Assembly: GCA_963665095.1 (NCBI GenBank)
Contig: OY762069.1
Span: 5,824,001 to 5,888,000 of the forward strand
DNA from: an uncultured Desulfobacter sp.
GTDB taxonomy: Bacteria > Desulfobacterota > Desulfobacteria > Desulfobacterales > Desulfobacteraceae
DNA: 64,000 nt
Direction: 5' to 3'
This document shows positions 37,381 through 47,477 of this stretch, one piece after another; the first letter of the stretch is position 1, and each line of letters opens with the position of its first letter. The translations under genes and the position numbers were made by a program. The notes under the pieces are model-generated. The model searched no databases. It was not told the origin of the DNA and saw nothing but the letters and a program-made list of their open reading frames with translations.

Positions 37381-40300
37381 ATGACAACAGAGAGCATTGA
37401 GCAATCAGCATTTTCCGAAAAACTTGAGAATTTGAAGCCGGTCCGAAAGATGACGACTTTCGACCGCCTTGTGGGATATCCCCAAATGGCATCAGGCATT
37501 TCCCGGTATGTTTTCGGAAAAGTGCTTGGAAATGTGCAATGGCTATTGCTGGGTTTTCTTCGTTTTGTTGCTGCCAAATACAACTCCAGTGCGGTACTTC
37601 AAAAAGAACTAATGGGAACCCGGGGCTGGATTAATGCCGATGTCGTTTTTAAATCCATGGACGGCAACGTGGCGGTTGGCGTCCTGATTAAAGATGGAAC
37701 GATGGTAATTCAGGATTCGATATCGACCACTGCCGATGCAACATTCTGTTTTCAAACGGCCAATTGCATCATGAACTACCTCAACGCCGGCAAAAACCAA
37801 GCCAATGCCATGATGCTGGAAGGTCGGATGTGGATTCATGGCAATATGACCCTGGGCTATTATTTCTTTTACCTGCTAAATGTTGTCCTTTTAAAGGAGG
37901 AGTTTAAATCCCAGAAGCAGGCAATTGATGAAAATCGCAGTCTGGCCAGAAAAGCCGCGAAAGGGGTGTCGACGTGTGGAAGAGCTGAAAAGAAGAAACG
38001 GCGTTCCCAGCGGTTGAAAGCAGAGAAGAGAGACCCCGGCGTTAAATGGCTGAAGAATCCCTATCTGGAGGAATACGGTCTGGAGGATTTTCCACGGGTC
38101 GAAACATTTCGCGAGGAGTTGTTTCACACCAGAACAGAGTTGACGGCTGAGTACGGAAAGCTGTTGACCGATTTCTTTATTGAGAACGGATATGAAACTA
38201 AAAAATCAGGCGAAGAATGGGAGCCCAATCTGCGTAGAGCAGAAAGTTTCCATTACCTGATGTCTAACCGGCAGGCCCTGATTCGGAAAAACGATTTGCT
38301 GGCGGGAACCTATACCCCGAATCCGGTTTCCGGAACCGTAACCCACCCTCATACAATGGGCCATTTGATGTGGCCGGAGCTGAAAACAATAGACAAACGG
38401 GAACTCAGACCTCACCAGATAAGCGAGGAGACTGCGTGGGTCATGCACCACCACGTCCTGCCCTTCTGGGCGGACAGGAATTTGCTGCAATGGTGGAAAA
38501 AGGATTTCAACAACTCATTGCCGGCACAGATCCAGGACCGCTGGTTTGCGATCTTCTTCTGGAAATTCGTGTCTCAAAGCGAAATCAGTCCAGGATATGA
38601 CAATTTTATCCTCAAGGGCCTGAAAGGGATGGAAGCTACGATTGATGCTGAACTTAAAAACGATCCCAATGCCGATGAGGAGAAGGTCAACACCCTTAAC
38701 GCCATGAAAATCGGTCTGGATGCCGCGAGGGCCTATGCCCGCAACCTGGCACAGCAGGCTCGAAAAGAAGCGGCAACCGAATCGCATCCACAACGCAGGG
38801 TCGAACTGGAAGAGATGGCGGAAAGGCTTGAACATGTCCCTGAATATCCGGCTCGAACTTTGATTGAGGCTGTTCAAACCCTCTGGATTATGCATATTTG
38901 CCTGGGACTGGAAAACATGGACGACGGTCCCATGCTGGGAAGGCTCGATCAAATTCTGCAACCGTTCTTTGAGGCCGAGATGGAGCTGTTGAAAACGGAA
39001 AGCGAGAGGGAAGCCTATGTAAAAGATGTTATCGAGATTATGGGATGCCTCTTTTTCAGACTGGCCAGTCACTTGATTGCATCTCCGGAAATCGGAGAAT
39101 GGCAAAACTCAGGAGCCCCGCCGAACACGACCATTACGGTAGGGGGTGTTAAAAAGGACGGAACCGACGCCGTGAATGATATGTCCTATATCATCCTCAA
39201 GGTAATCGAAATGCTGGCCTTGCAGGACCCGAATTGTCATGCCCGTTATAAAATCGGTGTCAACAGCCGTGATTTTTTGAAGCGGGTTTGCGAAGTGAAC
39301 TACACCACCGGTGCAACACCCTGTATTCACAGTGATGAGGCCATGATCACTGCCTTGAGTGCTAACGCAAACTGGGCGTTGGAGGATATCCGCGGCTGGA
39401 CTCCCACCGGGTGTGTTGAGCCTTCCCTCCCGGGAAAGCACTGCTCTGCAACATCCTCACTGGAGGTCAACCTGATGGCGCCGTTTGAGATGGCGATGAA
39501 CAACGGGTATCATCCGCTGGTGAACTGGCGCCTTGGCCCGGAAACAGGGCGGATCGACAAAGGCGATTTCAGGTCCTTCGAGGATTTCTGGGCGGCCTTT
39601 GACAAACAGAGCTGTTTCATCATCGAGCAATCCGTTATCGGCAATAACGAGTTGGGGATCATCCACCAGAAACACATGCCGGCGCCTTTGCTGTCGGCTT
39701 CGATCAAGGGGTGTATAAAAACCGGCAGGGGGATGACCCGAGGGGGTGCGAAGTACAATTCCACCGGTGTTGCAATTATTGGGCTGGCAGACGTGGTGGA
39801 TTCCCTGATGGCCATCAGGACCTTGGTTTTTGATAAAAAGATCGTGACCTTCTCGGAGTTGAAGCAGGCAATCGATAGCAATTATGAAGGATTTGAAAAG
39901 ATTCATGCATTGGTGAAAAACAAGGTTTCCCGCTTCGGTTCCGGAAATCCAGAGGCAGTGGCCATGGCAAATCGGGTCACAAAAATGTGCAACGATTATT
40001 ACAGGAATCACAGAAACTACCGAGGTGGCCATTATGCAACCGGATGGTGGACCATGAATAATCATTCGGTTTACGGCAGGGTTTCCAGCGCCTCGCCTTC
40101 CGGCAGGCTCAAGGGAGAGCCTTTTACCCCGGGTTTAACACCCCATGCGAGTGCATCGAACAATATTCTGGACAATCTGCTGGATGTGGCCCAATTGGAT
40201 CCCACAACCCTGGACAATAATATCGCTTTTAACGTGCGAGTCGTCCCCTCGGCAAAAGACGCCTATGATCAGACGGTCAGCCGGATGGCGGATTACGTCC

Positions 40301-40494
40301 AGACCTACTTTGAAAAAGGGGGGATGCAGATCCAGTACAATGTGGTGGATACGGACACCCTGAAGGACGCCATGGCCAATCCGGAGCACTATGCTGATCT
40401 CCTTGTCAGGATTTCGGGTTACTGCGGCTATTTTGTCCAGTTGCAGCGCGACCTTCAGCTGGAGCTGATCCGTCGTAGCGAGTTTGGATTATAG
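37381..40494 (+). CDS. Glycyl radical enzyme (PFL2-like eliminase type) with N-terminal SCP2-like domain
   Basis: GRLDQ, TITVGG, Cys loop TGCVEP, glycyl motif LLVRISGY; about 230-aa N-terminal extension. Confidence 0.9.
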   Translation: MTTESIEQSAFSEKLENLKPVRKMTTFDRLVGYPQMASGISRYVFGKVLGNVQWLLLGFLRFVAAKYNSSAVLQKELMGTRGWINADVVFKSMDGNVAVGVLIKDGTMVIQDSISTTADATFCFQTANCIMNYLNAGKNQANAMMLEGRMWIHGNMTLGYYFFYLLNVVLLKEEFKSQKQAIDENRSLARKAAKGVSTCGRAEKKKRRSQRLKAEKRDPGVKWLKNPYLEEYGLEDFPRVETFREELFHTRTELTAEYGKLLTDFFIENGYETKKSGEEWEPNLRRAESFHYLMSNRQALIRKNDLLAGTYTPNPVSGTVTHPHTMGHLMWPELKTIDKRELRPHQISEETAWVMHHHVLPFWADRNLLQWWKKDFNNSLPAQIQDRWFAIFFWKFVSQSEISPGYDNFILKGLKGMEATIDAELKNDPNADEEKVNTLNAMKIGLDAARAYARNLAQQARKEAATESHPQRRVELEEMAERLEHVPEYPARTLIEAVQTLWIMHICLGLENMDDGPMLGRLDQILQPFFEAEMELLKTESEREAYVKDVIEIMGCLFFRLASHLIASPEIGEWQNSGAPPNTTITVGGVKKDGTDAVNDMSYIILKVIEMLALQDPNCHARYKIGVNSRDFLKRVCEVNYTTGATPCIHSDEAMITALSANANWALEDIRGWTPTGCVEPSLPGKHCSATSSLEVNLMAPFEMAMNNGYHPLVNWRLGPETGRIDKGDFRSFEDFWAAFDKQSCFIIEQSVIGNNELGIIHQKHMPAPLLSASIKGCIKTGRGMTRGGAKYNSTGVAIIGLADVVDSLMAIRTLVFDKKIVTFSELKQAIDSNYEGFEKIHALVKNKVSRFGSGNPEAVAMANRVTKMCNDYYRNHRNYRGGHYATGWWTMNNHSVYGRVSSASPSGRLKGEPFTPGLTPHASASNNILDNLLDVAQLDPTTLDNNIAFNVRVVPSAKDAYDQTVSRMADYVQTYFEKGGMQIQYNVVDTDTLKDAMANPEHYADLLVRISGYCGYFVQLQRDLQLELIRRSEFGL

Positions 40495-40498
40495 ACCG

Positions 40499-41422
40499 AT
40501 GAAGCGTCCCCTCATCATCGATATCAAAGGGCACAGCCTGGACGACGGGCCCGGGATTCGGTCGGTCGTCTTTATCAAGGGCTGCCCTCTGCGCTGCAGC
40601 TGGTGCCAGAACCCGGAGAGTCAAAGGACCACGGCAGAATTGTCCTGGGATCGGGAGAAATGCATCGGATGCGGCTCATGTGCACAAATCTGCCCGGAAC
40701 AGGCCATATCCGGGAACAATCCGTTTTTTATCGATCGGAAGGCCTGTTCCCTTTGCTTCGCCTGCGTGGAAACCTGCCCTGCCGACGCCTTGAGAGAGGT
40801 GGGAAAGGCAATGACCGTGGATGAAATTGTGGCAAAAGTGCTGCGCTACAGATCCTTTTTTGACACTTCGGGAGGCGGTGTCACCCTTTCCGGCGGAGAG
40901 CCGATCATGTTTATGGAATTTGCCGCCGCCCTCCTGAGGCGATTCAAGGAAGAGGGGCTGCACACTTTGCTTGAAACCTGCGGCCATTTTGACAGGGACA
41001 GCTTTGAAAACTTGATCTTTCCGTGGATCGATACCATCTACATGGACATCAAAATTGCGGACCGAAAAAAACATCAAGACCACTGCGGCATTTCCAACGA
41101 TTTGATATTGGAAAATTTTACATGGCTCTGTGGGCAAGCCGCCTCTGGAAAAGTGACGTTTCTACCACGAACGCCATTGATACCGGGGATTACGGACAGC
41201 GATGCCCAAATTGCGGAACTCGTCGGTCTTTACACCAGACACGGGGTTCAAAAGGCTTGCCTGCTGGGAAACAATCCGATCTGGATCGATAAATGTGACC
41301 AACTCGGCATTCCTGCCAAGCCGGGGCCTCTATCCAAGCTAAGAGAGTTTTACAGTTCGAAAAACTATGAAGCAATTCGATCGCTGTTCAAAAGAAACGG
41401 AATAACAATGGTTTCTTCCTGA
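40499..41422 (+). CDS. Glycyl radical activating enzyme with ferredoxin-like insert
   Basis: DGPGIRSVVFIKGCPLRCSWCQNPES; CIGCGSCAQIC and CSLCFACVETC; GGVTLSGGEP. Confidence 0.95.
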   Translation: MKRPLIIDIKGHSLDDGPGIRSVVFIKGCPLRCSWCQNPESQRTTAELSWDREKCIGCGSCAQICPEQAISGNNPFFIDRKACSLCFACVETCPADALREVGKAMTVDEIVAKVLRYRSFFDTSGGGVTLSGGEPIMFMEFAAALLRRFKEEGLHTLLETCGHFDRDSFENLIFPWIDTIYMDIKIADRKKHQDHCGISNDLILENFTWLCGQAASGKVTFLPRTPLIPGITDSDAQIAELVGLYTRHGVQKACLLGNNPIWIDKCDQLGIPAKPGPLSKLREFYSSKNYEAIRSLFKRNGITMVSS

Positions 41423-41458
41423 AGGACAGTCAAATCATGAAGGTGAAGAGGAGGCATC

Positions 41459-42847
41459 ATGATCACCCAAAGCCAGATCCACCACATCGTCGAGAACCAG
41501 CGCGCCTTTTTCAACGCCCATGCCACCCTGGGCCATGAGTTCAGGCTCAACGCCCTGAAAACCCTAAAGGATGGCGTTTGCCGCCATGAGCAACGCTTTC
41601 ATGACGCCCTCAAGGCCGATCTGGGCAAACCGGTCTATGAGTCCTTTATCACGGAAACCGGAATCATCCGCCATGACCTGACCCGAACCATGAAGTCCCT
41701 GAAGAAATGGATGGGCGTTAAATGGAAGATGACCCCCTTTTACCTTTTGCCCGGGATCAGCAAGGTACGCTACACCCCCCTGGGCGTAAACCTGATCATC
41801 GCGCCGTTCAACTATCCTATGCAGAGCACCTTTTCCCCGCTCATCGCAGCCATTGCCGCCGGCAACACCGCCGTGATCAAGACGTCGGAACTTACCCCCA
41901 ACGTGAGCCGGGTGATCCAGAATCTCATCGGCGACTGCTTCAGGCCCGAGCATGTGGCCTATGTGCCCGGTGAGGTGCCGGAAACCCAGATGCTCCTGAC
42001 CCAGAAATTCGACCATATCTTTTTTACGGGCTCCACCCGGGTGGGGGGAATTGTCCTTGAGGCCGCGGCCAGGCACCTGACGCCCGTGACCCTGGAACTG
42101 GGCGGCAAAAGCCCCTGCATCCTCCACAACGACGCCAACCTGGATACGGCGGTGCGGCGCATTGCCTACGGGAAGTTCCTCAATACGGGCCAGACCTGTG
42201 TGGCCCCGGATTATGTCCTGGTCCACCAGGATGCGGCGCAGCCCTTTATCGACAAGCTCAGGAAACGGATCCGAACCCTTTACGGAGACAACCCGTCCCA
42301 GAGCCCGGACTTCGGCCGCATCGTGAATGTGGCCCACCACCGCCGCCTGGTCTCCCTCATTGACCCGGAAAAGGTGGTCATCGGTGGGGACCATGACGAA
42401 GCATCCCTATACATCGGTCCCACGGTCATGACCAACGTGAGCCTGGATGATCCGGTGATGAAGGAGGAAATTTTCGGCCCGGTTCTGCCGGTGATGACCT
42501 TCCGAACCCTGGATCAGATCTACCAGACCATCGGGGCCCTGCCCCAGCATCCCCTGGCCCTCTACGTGTTCACCGAGAACCGGCAGATCCGGGATGAACT
42601 GGTCTCGCTGATCCCCTTTGGCGGGGGCTGCGTCAACCACTGCATCCAGCACCTGGCCAACCCCTACCTGCCCTTTGGCGGCCAGGGCGGCTCAGGCATG
42701 GGACATTACCACGGCTTTGACGGGTTCACGCAGTTTTCCCACAAAAAGGCCCTGTACCAGGCCCCCACCGCCTCCTGGCTGGACCTTCCCCTGATCTACC
42801 CGCCCTACAAGGGCAAACTCAAAATCATGAAGGCCATCTTCAGATAG
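41459..42847 (+). CDS. Aldehyde dehydrogenase, family 3-like
   Basis: PFNYP, FFTGST, TLELGGKSP, GKFLNTGQTCVAPDY, EEIFGP. Confidence 0.93.
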   Translation: MITQSQIHHIVENQRAFFNAHATLGHEFRLNALKTLKDGVCRHEQRFHDALKADLGKPVYESFITETGIIRHDLTRTMKSLKKWMGVKWKMTPFYLLPGISKVRYTPLGVNLIIAPFNYPMQSTFSPLIAAIAAGNTAVIKTSELTPNVSRVIQNLIGDCFRPEHVAYVPGEVPETQMLLTQKFDHIFFTGSTRVGGIVLEAAARHLTPVTLELGGKSPCILHNDANLDTAVRRIAYGKFLNTGQTCVAPDYVLVHQDAAQPFIDKLRKRIRTLYGDNPSQSPDFGRIVNVAHHRRLVSLIDPEKVVIGGDHDEASLYIGPTVMTNVSLDDPVMKEEIFGPVLPVMTFRTLDQIYQTIGALPQHPLALYVFTENRQIRDELVSLIPFGGGCVNHCIQHLANPYLPFGGQGGSGMGHYHGFDGFTQFSHKKALYQAPTASWLDLPLIYPPYKGKLKIMKAIFR

Positions 42848-43013
42848 CCAGGCTATCCCCCGGCCTCGGTAAGGTGGTTGTCCAAAGGGGGAATATTTTG
42901 GAGGGAAAGTCCTGTTATAACTCAGGGATGGATGGTGTGGGCCTGGGGTTGGGGCTCTCTGTTTCTAGGAGGTTTTTAAAGCTGTTTTGACATCCGTACT
43001 TTAGACGAACGTA

Positions 43014-43066
43014 TAGGATACCAGATTGGCTGCATTTTTATCGTATGTGCCCAATCTGGTATCCTA
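43014..43066. repeat. 16-bp perfect inverted repeat with 21-bp spacer near the resolvase
   Basis: TAGGATACCAGATTGG...CCAATCTGGTATCCTA. Confidence 0.85.
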
Positions 43067-43194
43067 ATTTTTGGGAGTTTCGTTTTTATGCCACGATATC
43101 CGGAATGTCATGGCCTGAGTCTTCCCCATTACCGGAAGAACTTGCTGAAAAAGAGTTCCCTGTTGAGTTTCGGCTTTCAAGATATCCTTCCCAT

Positions 43195-43590
43195 TTAAAT
43201 GGAATCTTTCACGCGTCCTGAAGCAGGGCACCATCGATAAAGCGTGGGAATTGAAACACCCAGGTTGTTTGCAACTTCCTTTGGCGGCATACCTTCAGAC
43301 AGAAGCTTTTTGGCGGCTTCAACTTTGCTTGGAGTCATAAGGCGCTTTCTGCCGCCCACACGACCGCGTTTTTTTGCAGAAGCTAATCCAGCTTTCGTCC
43401 TTTCAATAAGAAGTTCCCGCTCCATTTCAGCGAGAGAGGCCATTACATGAAAAAAGAACCTGCCTGCGGGTGTTGTTGTATTAATGCCATCGGTGATGCT
43501 TTGAAAATGAATATCTTCATAATCAAATTTTCCAACCATGCTTATCAATTCTTTTAAATTGCGTCCCAACCTGTCGAGGTTCAAGATCAC
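43195..43590 (-). pseudogene. Tn3-type resolvase/invertase, N-terminus missing
   Basis: LDRLGRN...GRFFFHVMASLAEMERELLIERT...GVSIPTLYRW. Confidence 0.85.
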
Positions 43591-43652
43591 AAAGGTATCG
43601 TCCGTGCGTAAATGTGAGAGGGCATTATCAGAAAGGATCGTTTTCGATAACC

Positions 43653-44135
43653 ATGAAATCCCGAGTCTATTCTCATGAACAGATTGTGAATGTGGCCCGG
43701 CTCCAACCGGAAAATATCGAGCAGATCAGAAGGCGAAGGCGTACCCACAACCGGCTCGGTTTCGGTTACCAGCTTTGCTTCGTTAGGTTGACGAACCGGT
43801 TTCCCGTACAAAAACCTTTTGAAATTTATGAGGACATCCTCTCGTTTGCCAGTGTGCAACTGGATATTCCGGCCAGCGCCATTGACACTTACGCCGGCCG
43901 CCAGCCGACCATATCGGAACACCAGGAGCAGATACGAGAATATCTTGGGCTGCGGCGTTTTGATGAAAATGAAATCCCCGAAATCAGCAAATTTGTATTT
44001 GAAGAAGCATGCCGCCTGGAGCAGACAGTGGCCCTGCTTGCCGGCATTGGCCGCTATCTCAGAGAGCACACTATCCTGAAGCCTTCGGATGACACACTTC
44101 GCAGGCTGATTGCCAAGCAAAGGCGGAAAGCCAAA
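43653..44135 (+). pseudogene. Tn3 family transposase N-terminal (DUF4158-like) fragment
   Basis: RRRTHNRLGFGYQLCFVRLTNRFP...YAGRQPTISEHQEQIREYLG; DDE domain absent. Confidence 0.8.
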
Positions 44136-44166
44136 AAGCCTATAAGATCCTATCCCTATTTTTTAA

Positions 44167-45234
44167 TCATTCAAGAAGACGTATCAGTTTGCTATTTTTT
44201 ATCTTTTTTGCATAGTCCAGAGCCGTTAAATTTTGATTTGTGCGAAGCTCTTTATTGATACCGCTATCCAATAAAAATTCTGCAATTTCATAAGTTTGAT
44301 GAGCGACTGCAAAATGGAGAGCTGATTCTCCGGTTTCACTTACTTTATTTATATTTACACCTGCTTCAACTAGGATTTTAACAAGAGGAAAAGATTTTTT
44401 CTGGATAGCCATAGCTAAAGCGCTTGCCTTTCCGAATGTCAGGTTAGGGTCCGCACCATTAGCTAAAAAAAGCTGAACTTCAGGGATTCTTCTATTATAG
44501 ATTGCATAGTGAACAGCATTGTATCCTTTATCGTTAGCTTCATTCATATTGGCTTTATATCGCAAAAGGGATGAAATGATATTCAAATAATCACTTTTAG
44601 GAACATTTTTTCGTTTTTGCAAAACAGCCCATATTAGAGAGGAATTCCCATTTTCATCCTTGTGATTTGGATCAGCACCGTTTTTTAAAAGAACTTCAAC
44701 AACACCTGAGTTCCCGTATTTTGTTGCCAATAACAGAGGAGACCATATTTTTGATCTGCTTTTACTGTCAGCATCTACCAAGGCCCCTTTGTCAATAAGA
44801 AGCTGGGCAATTTCAGGCAAATCCATTTCCGTATGAAAAGCAAGTTGTTGAAGAGGTTTAAAAGCACCTGCCTGAATATTAACATCTGCCCCACGTTCAA
44901 TCAGGAAACGAACCATCTCCAGATCACCTTTATTAAAAGCATCCCTTAAAGGATATAGATGATATTTTTTTGATATACAATTTACATTTGCGCCATTATC
45001 AATCAAAAATTTTACCAATTCAACATTGCCGCTTTCCACAGCATCGCGGAGAAGGCAATCCTCATTAATATTAAAATTCGGGTCCTGGGATAGAAACTCT
45101 TTAACTTTGCTTAGATCCCCATTGGACGCAGCCTTGTAGATATCATTCTGATATTTTTCAGCCAATGCTGCGCCGCCGCTAAACAAGATCATCAAAAAAA
45201 CAGCCCATATAGAAATTAGAAAGAATCTCTTCAC
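44167..45234 (-). CDS. Secreted ankyrin repeat protein
   Basis: Signal peptide; repeated G-x-x-E-x-V-x-x-L-x-x-x-GA-x-VN ankyrin units. Confidence 0.9.
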   Translation of the reverse strand: MKRFFLISIWAVFLMILFSGGAALAEKYQNDIYKAASNGDLSKVKEFLSQDPNFNINEDCLLRDAVESGNVELVKFLIDNGANVNCISKKYHLYPLRDAFNKGDLEMVRFLIERGADVNIQAGAFKPLQQLAFHTEMDLPEIAQLLIDKGALVDADSKSRSKIWSPLLLATKYGNSGVVEVLLKNGADPNHKDENGNSSLIWAVLQKRKNVPKSDYLNIISSLLRYKANMNEANDKGYNAVHYAIYNRRIPEVQLFLANGADPNLTFGKASALAMAIQKKSFPLVKILVEAGVNINKVSETGESALHFAVAHQTYEIAEFLLDSGINKELRTNQNLTALDYAKKIKNSKLIRLLE

Positions 45235-45248
45235 AATAAGTCTCCTTT

Positions 45249-45704
45249 TTACATATCATACTGCTTTAAGTTAAAACTGACGATTTCTCCGGATTTTTCA
45301 TCTTCAACCCAGACAGTCCCTTTCAAATATCCTCTGGGGGAATTAGCAGTATGAAAATTATGTTTCACCTTATAACCATGTCCTTTCTCCAGTTTAACAT
45401 TTAACTTAAACATACCCCCCTTATCTGATCCGGAATATAAAATGCTCAATGTGTGTCTTCCCGGCAGCAATGCTGCGCTTGCATAAATTTCTACCGGCGT
45501 TCCCTCAGCAGCAACAGTGGGATGGTCATTGGAGTCTATGCGCACTATTTTCAATGGTTTTTCCGGGCTGATAATGGCCAATAACTGAGCTGGTTTTTCC
45601 TGACCATTATATAGTTTAAGTTGTTTTTGAGCACTACAGCCACAACTTAATAACAAAATACATAATAATGAAAAGTGGACCAAAATTGTTGTTTTGGTAT
45701 TCAT
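45249..45704 (-). CDS. Putative lipoprotein of unknown function
   Basis: Hydrophobic signal ending LLSCGC; RBS aaggag. Confidence 0.65.
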   Translation of the reverse strand: MNTKTTILVHFSLLCILLLSCGCSAQKQLKLYNGQEKPAQLLAIISPEKPLKIVRIDSNDHPTVAAEGTPVEIYASAALLPGRHTLSILYSGSDKGGMFKLNVKLEKGHGYKVKHNFHTANSPRGYLKGTVWVEDEKSGEIVSFNLKQYDM

Positions 45705-45932
45705 ATCAGCTCCTTTTATATAGCATTTCTATCCACTCGGTTGAATATTGTTCCCTTCTGACATAGAAATCGAATATCTGTAGGATAAGCGTTCTCTTCA
45801 TGTCAAGAAAAAAATATAAATGCGGCTACCCTGGTGTGAAAACCAAGTGATCCGGTGAGCTGTCCGGATGCCCGTTGATGCCCAGGACCTTTAAAAATTA
45901 TTTATAAGACAGGAAGGGCATTAAAATCCGGG

Positions 45933-47090
45933 GTAACTATTCAGCAAAAAAAAATGCATTTGATGTCATTTTCTCCTTGACAGGGGTTTTGGCGAAAAAT
46001 TTGAATTTTCGGTTTCATATACAAAACCCTTCATTGGGGAGGGTTATAACGGATATCATCAGATCCACTGGTTTTTAGCCGACAGATGAATGGCCAGCCA
46101 TATCCAAAATTTAAAAATGCGTAAAAACGCCTTTATGTTCGAAAAAAATTACCTCAAAAACCTGTGTTATAATATCTTCATTCAAATGACCGATGTTGAG
46201 GAAACGAATGAAGATAGAGTCCATAGACGTTGAGGCTGCAATAGAGAACACCAAAAAAACTGCTGGAAAATGACCCTGGCGTTTCCCCTGCTTTGAAAAG
46301 CGCCATAGAGATGTTGCTGGTATTAATCATTCTTATGATGAATCAACTGGGCCTCAACAGTCGTAACAGCAGCAAACCTCCTTCAACAGACCCTAACCGG
46401 GACAAGAAAAAGAAACCAACGGGAGACCGCAAAGTTGGAGGACAAAAAGGACATACCGGCACTACTCTGCAACAATTTGATTCCCCGGATTTTATTGAAG
46501 ATATCCCTTTGGACAGAAAAATTCTGCCGGAAGGGATGTACAAAGATGCAGGGTTTGAATCCAGACAGGTTGTCGATATTGATATTTCACGGATAGTAAC
46601 CGAATACAGGGCACAAATTCTTGAAGATGCCAATGGGAAAAAGTTCACGGCTCCATTCCCTGAAGGAGTCACCCGCCCGGTGCAATATAGCCTTAATGTG
46701 AAAGTCCATTCAGTCTATATGTCACAGTACCAATTGGTTCCGTATAGACGGATTGAAGAAGATTTTCAGGATCAGGTAAAGAGTCCTCATTTCAAGGGGG
46801 TTCTTTGCCATGATCATTGGAAACCATATTTCAAATTAGACTGCCAGCATGCCCTGTGTAATGCTCATCACCTCAGAGAACTGGAAAGAGCCTGGGAACA
46901 GGACAAATAATCATGGGCCTATCACCTATCAACTTGCAAAAAGCATGGAATGAGAGCAACCGAAGCGTTACGCTTATTGTTCCAAGGCAAACTGCCGGAT
47001 TTTATAGCTGAGTGATTCTTTTGCTTGTCAAAAAGAAAAAAGATTGTATCCCATTAAGTAATCTTGATGTTCATTGAACTGAATAGTTAC
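45933..47090 (+). mobile_element. Internally deleted IS66 family element
   Basis: Ends GTAACTATTCAG / CTGAATAGTTAC; no target duplication. Confidence 0.88.
46208..47015 (+). pseudogene. IS66 transposase remnant
   Basis: LNSRNSSKPPSTD, GGQKGHTGTTL, HDHWKPY, CNAHHLREL; frameshift and deletions. Confidence 0.88.
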
Positions 47091-47459
47091 GTTCTCTTTT
47101 ACTTTGTCATAATAAGACCCGAAGATCTGGATATGCTCTTCTTCACTTGGGCCTCTGTGGGCACCGGTGGCGATGATGACGTTATAGTTGACCCGGCTTA
47201 AATCTTCAAAAATGAAATCCAGCACCTTTTTCGTCGGTGTGGGGCGTGTGGCATCATTGACAATGACCAGGACATTTTTGGCATCGCCCAGAAACTCTTT
47301 AAAGTTTCTGGAGTTGATGGGATTGGCAATGCCTTCGGCAATACACTTGTCTTTATTTCCGATTTCCACATCATTGGCTTCAAGAAAATTGACGGCCAGC
47401 TTGTCGTCCACGTCTACAGGCATGGATCCGTCCTTTCCGTAAGGGGCAGTAATTTTCAT
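47091..47459 (-). pseudogene. larA: Nickel-dependent lactate racemase family protein, truncated by IS66
   Basis: VIVNDATRPTP, IATGAHR; frame runs into the IS66 end. Confidence 0.75.
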
Positions 47460-47477
47460 TAATTTCTCCTTATCCGA

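Noticed and set aside
37381..40494. Pyruvate formate-lyase or alkyl/benzylsuccinate synthase
   Set aside because: Single Cys in GCVEP rather than the PFL Cys-Cys pair; no small accessory subunit genes as in fumarate-adding enzymes
45933..47090. Active IS66
   Set aside because: Transposase is frameshifted and internally deleted; no target duplication
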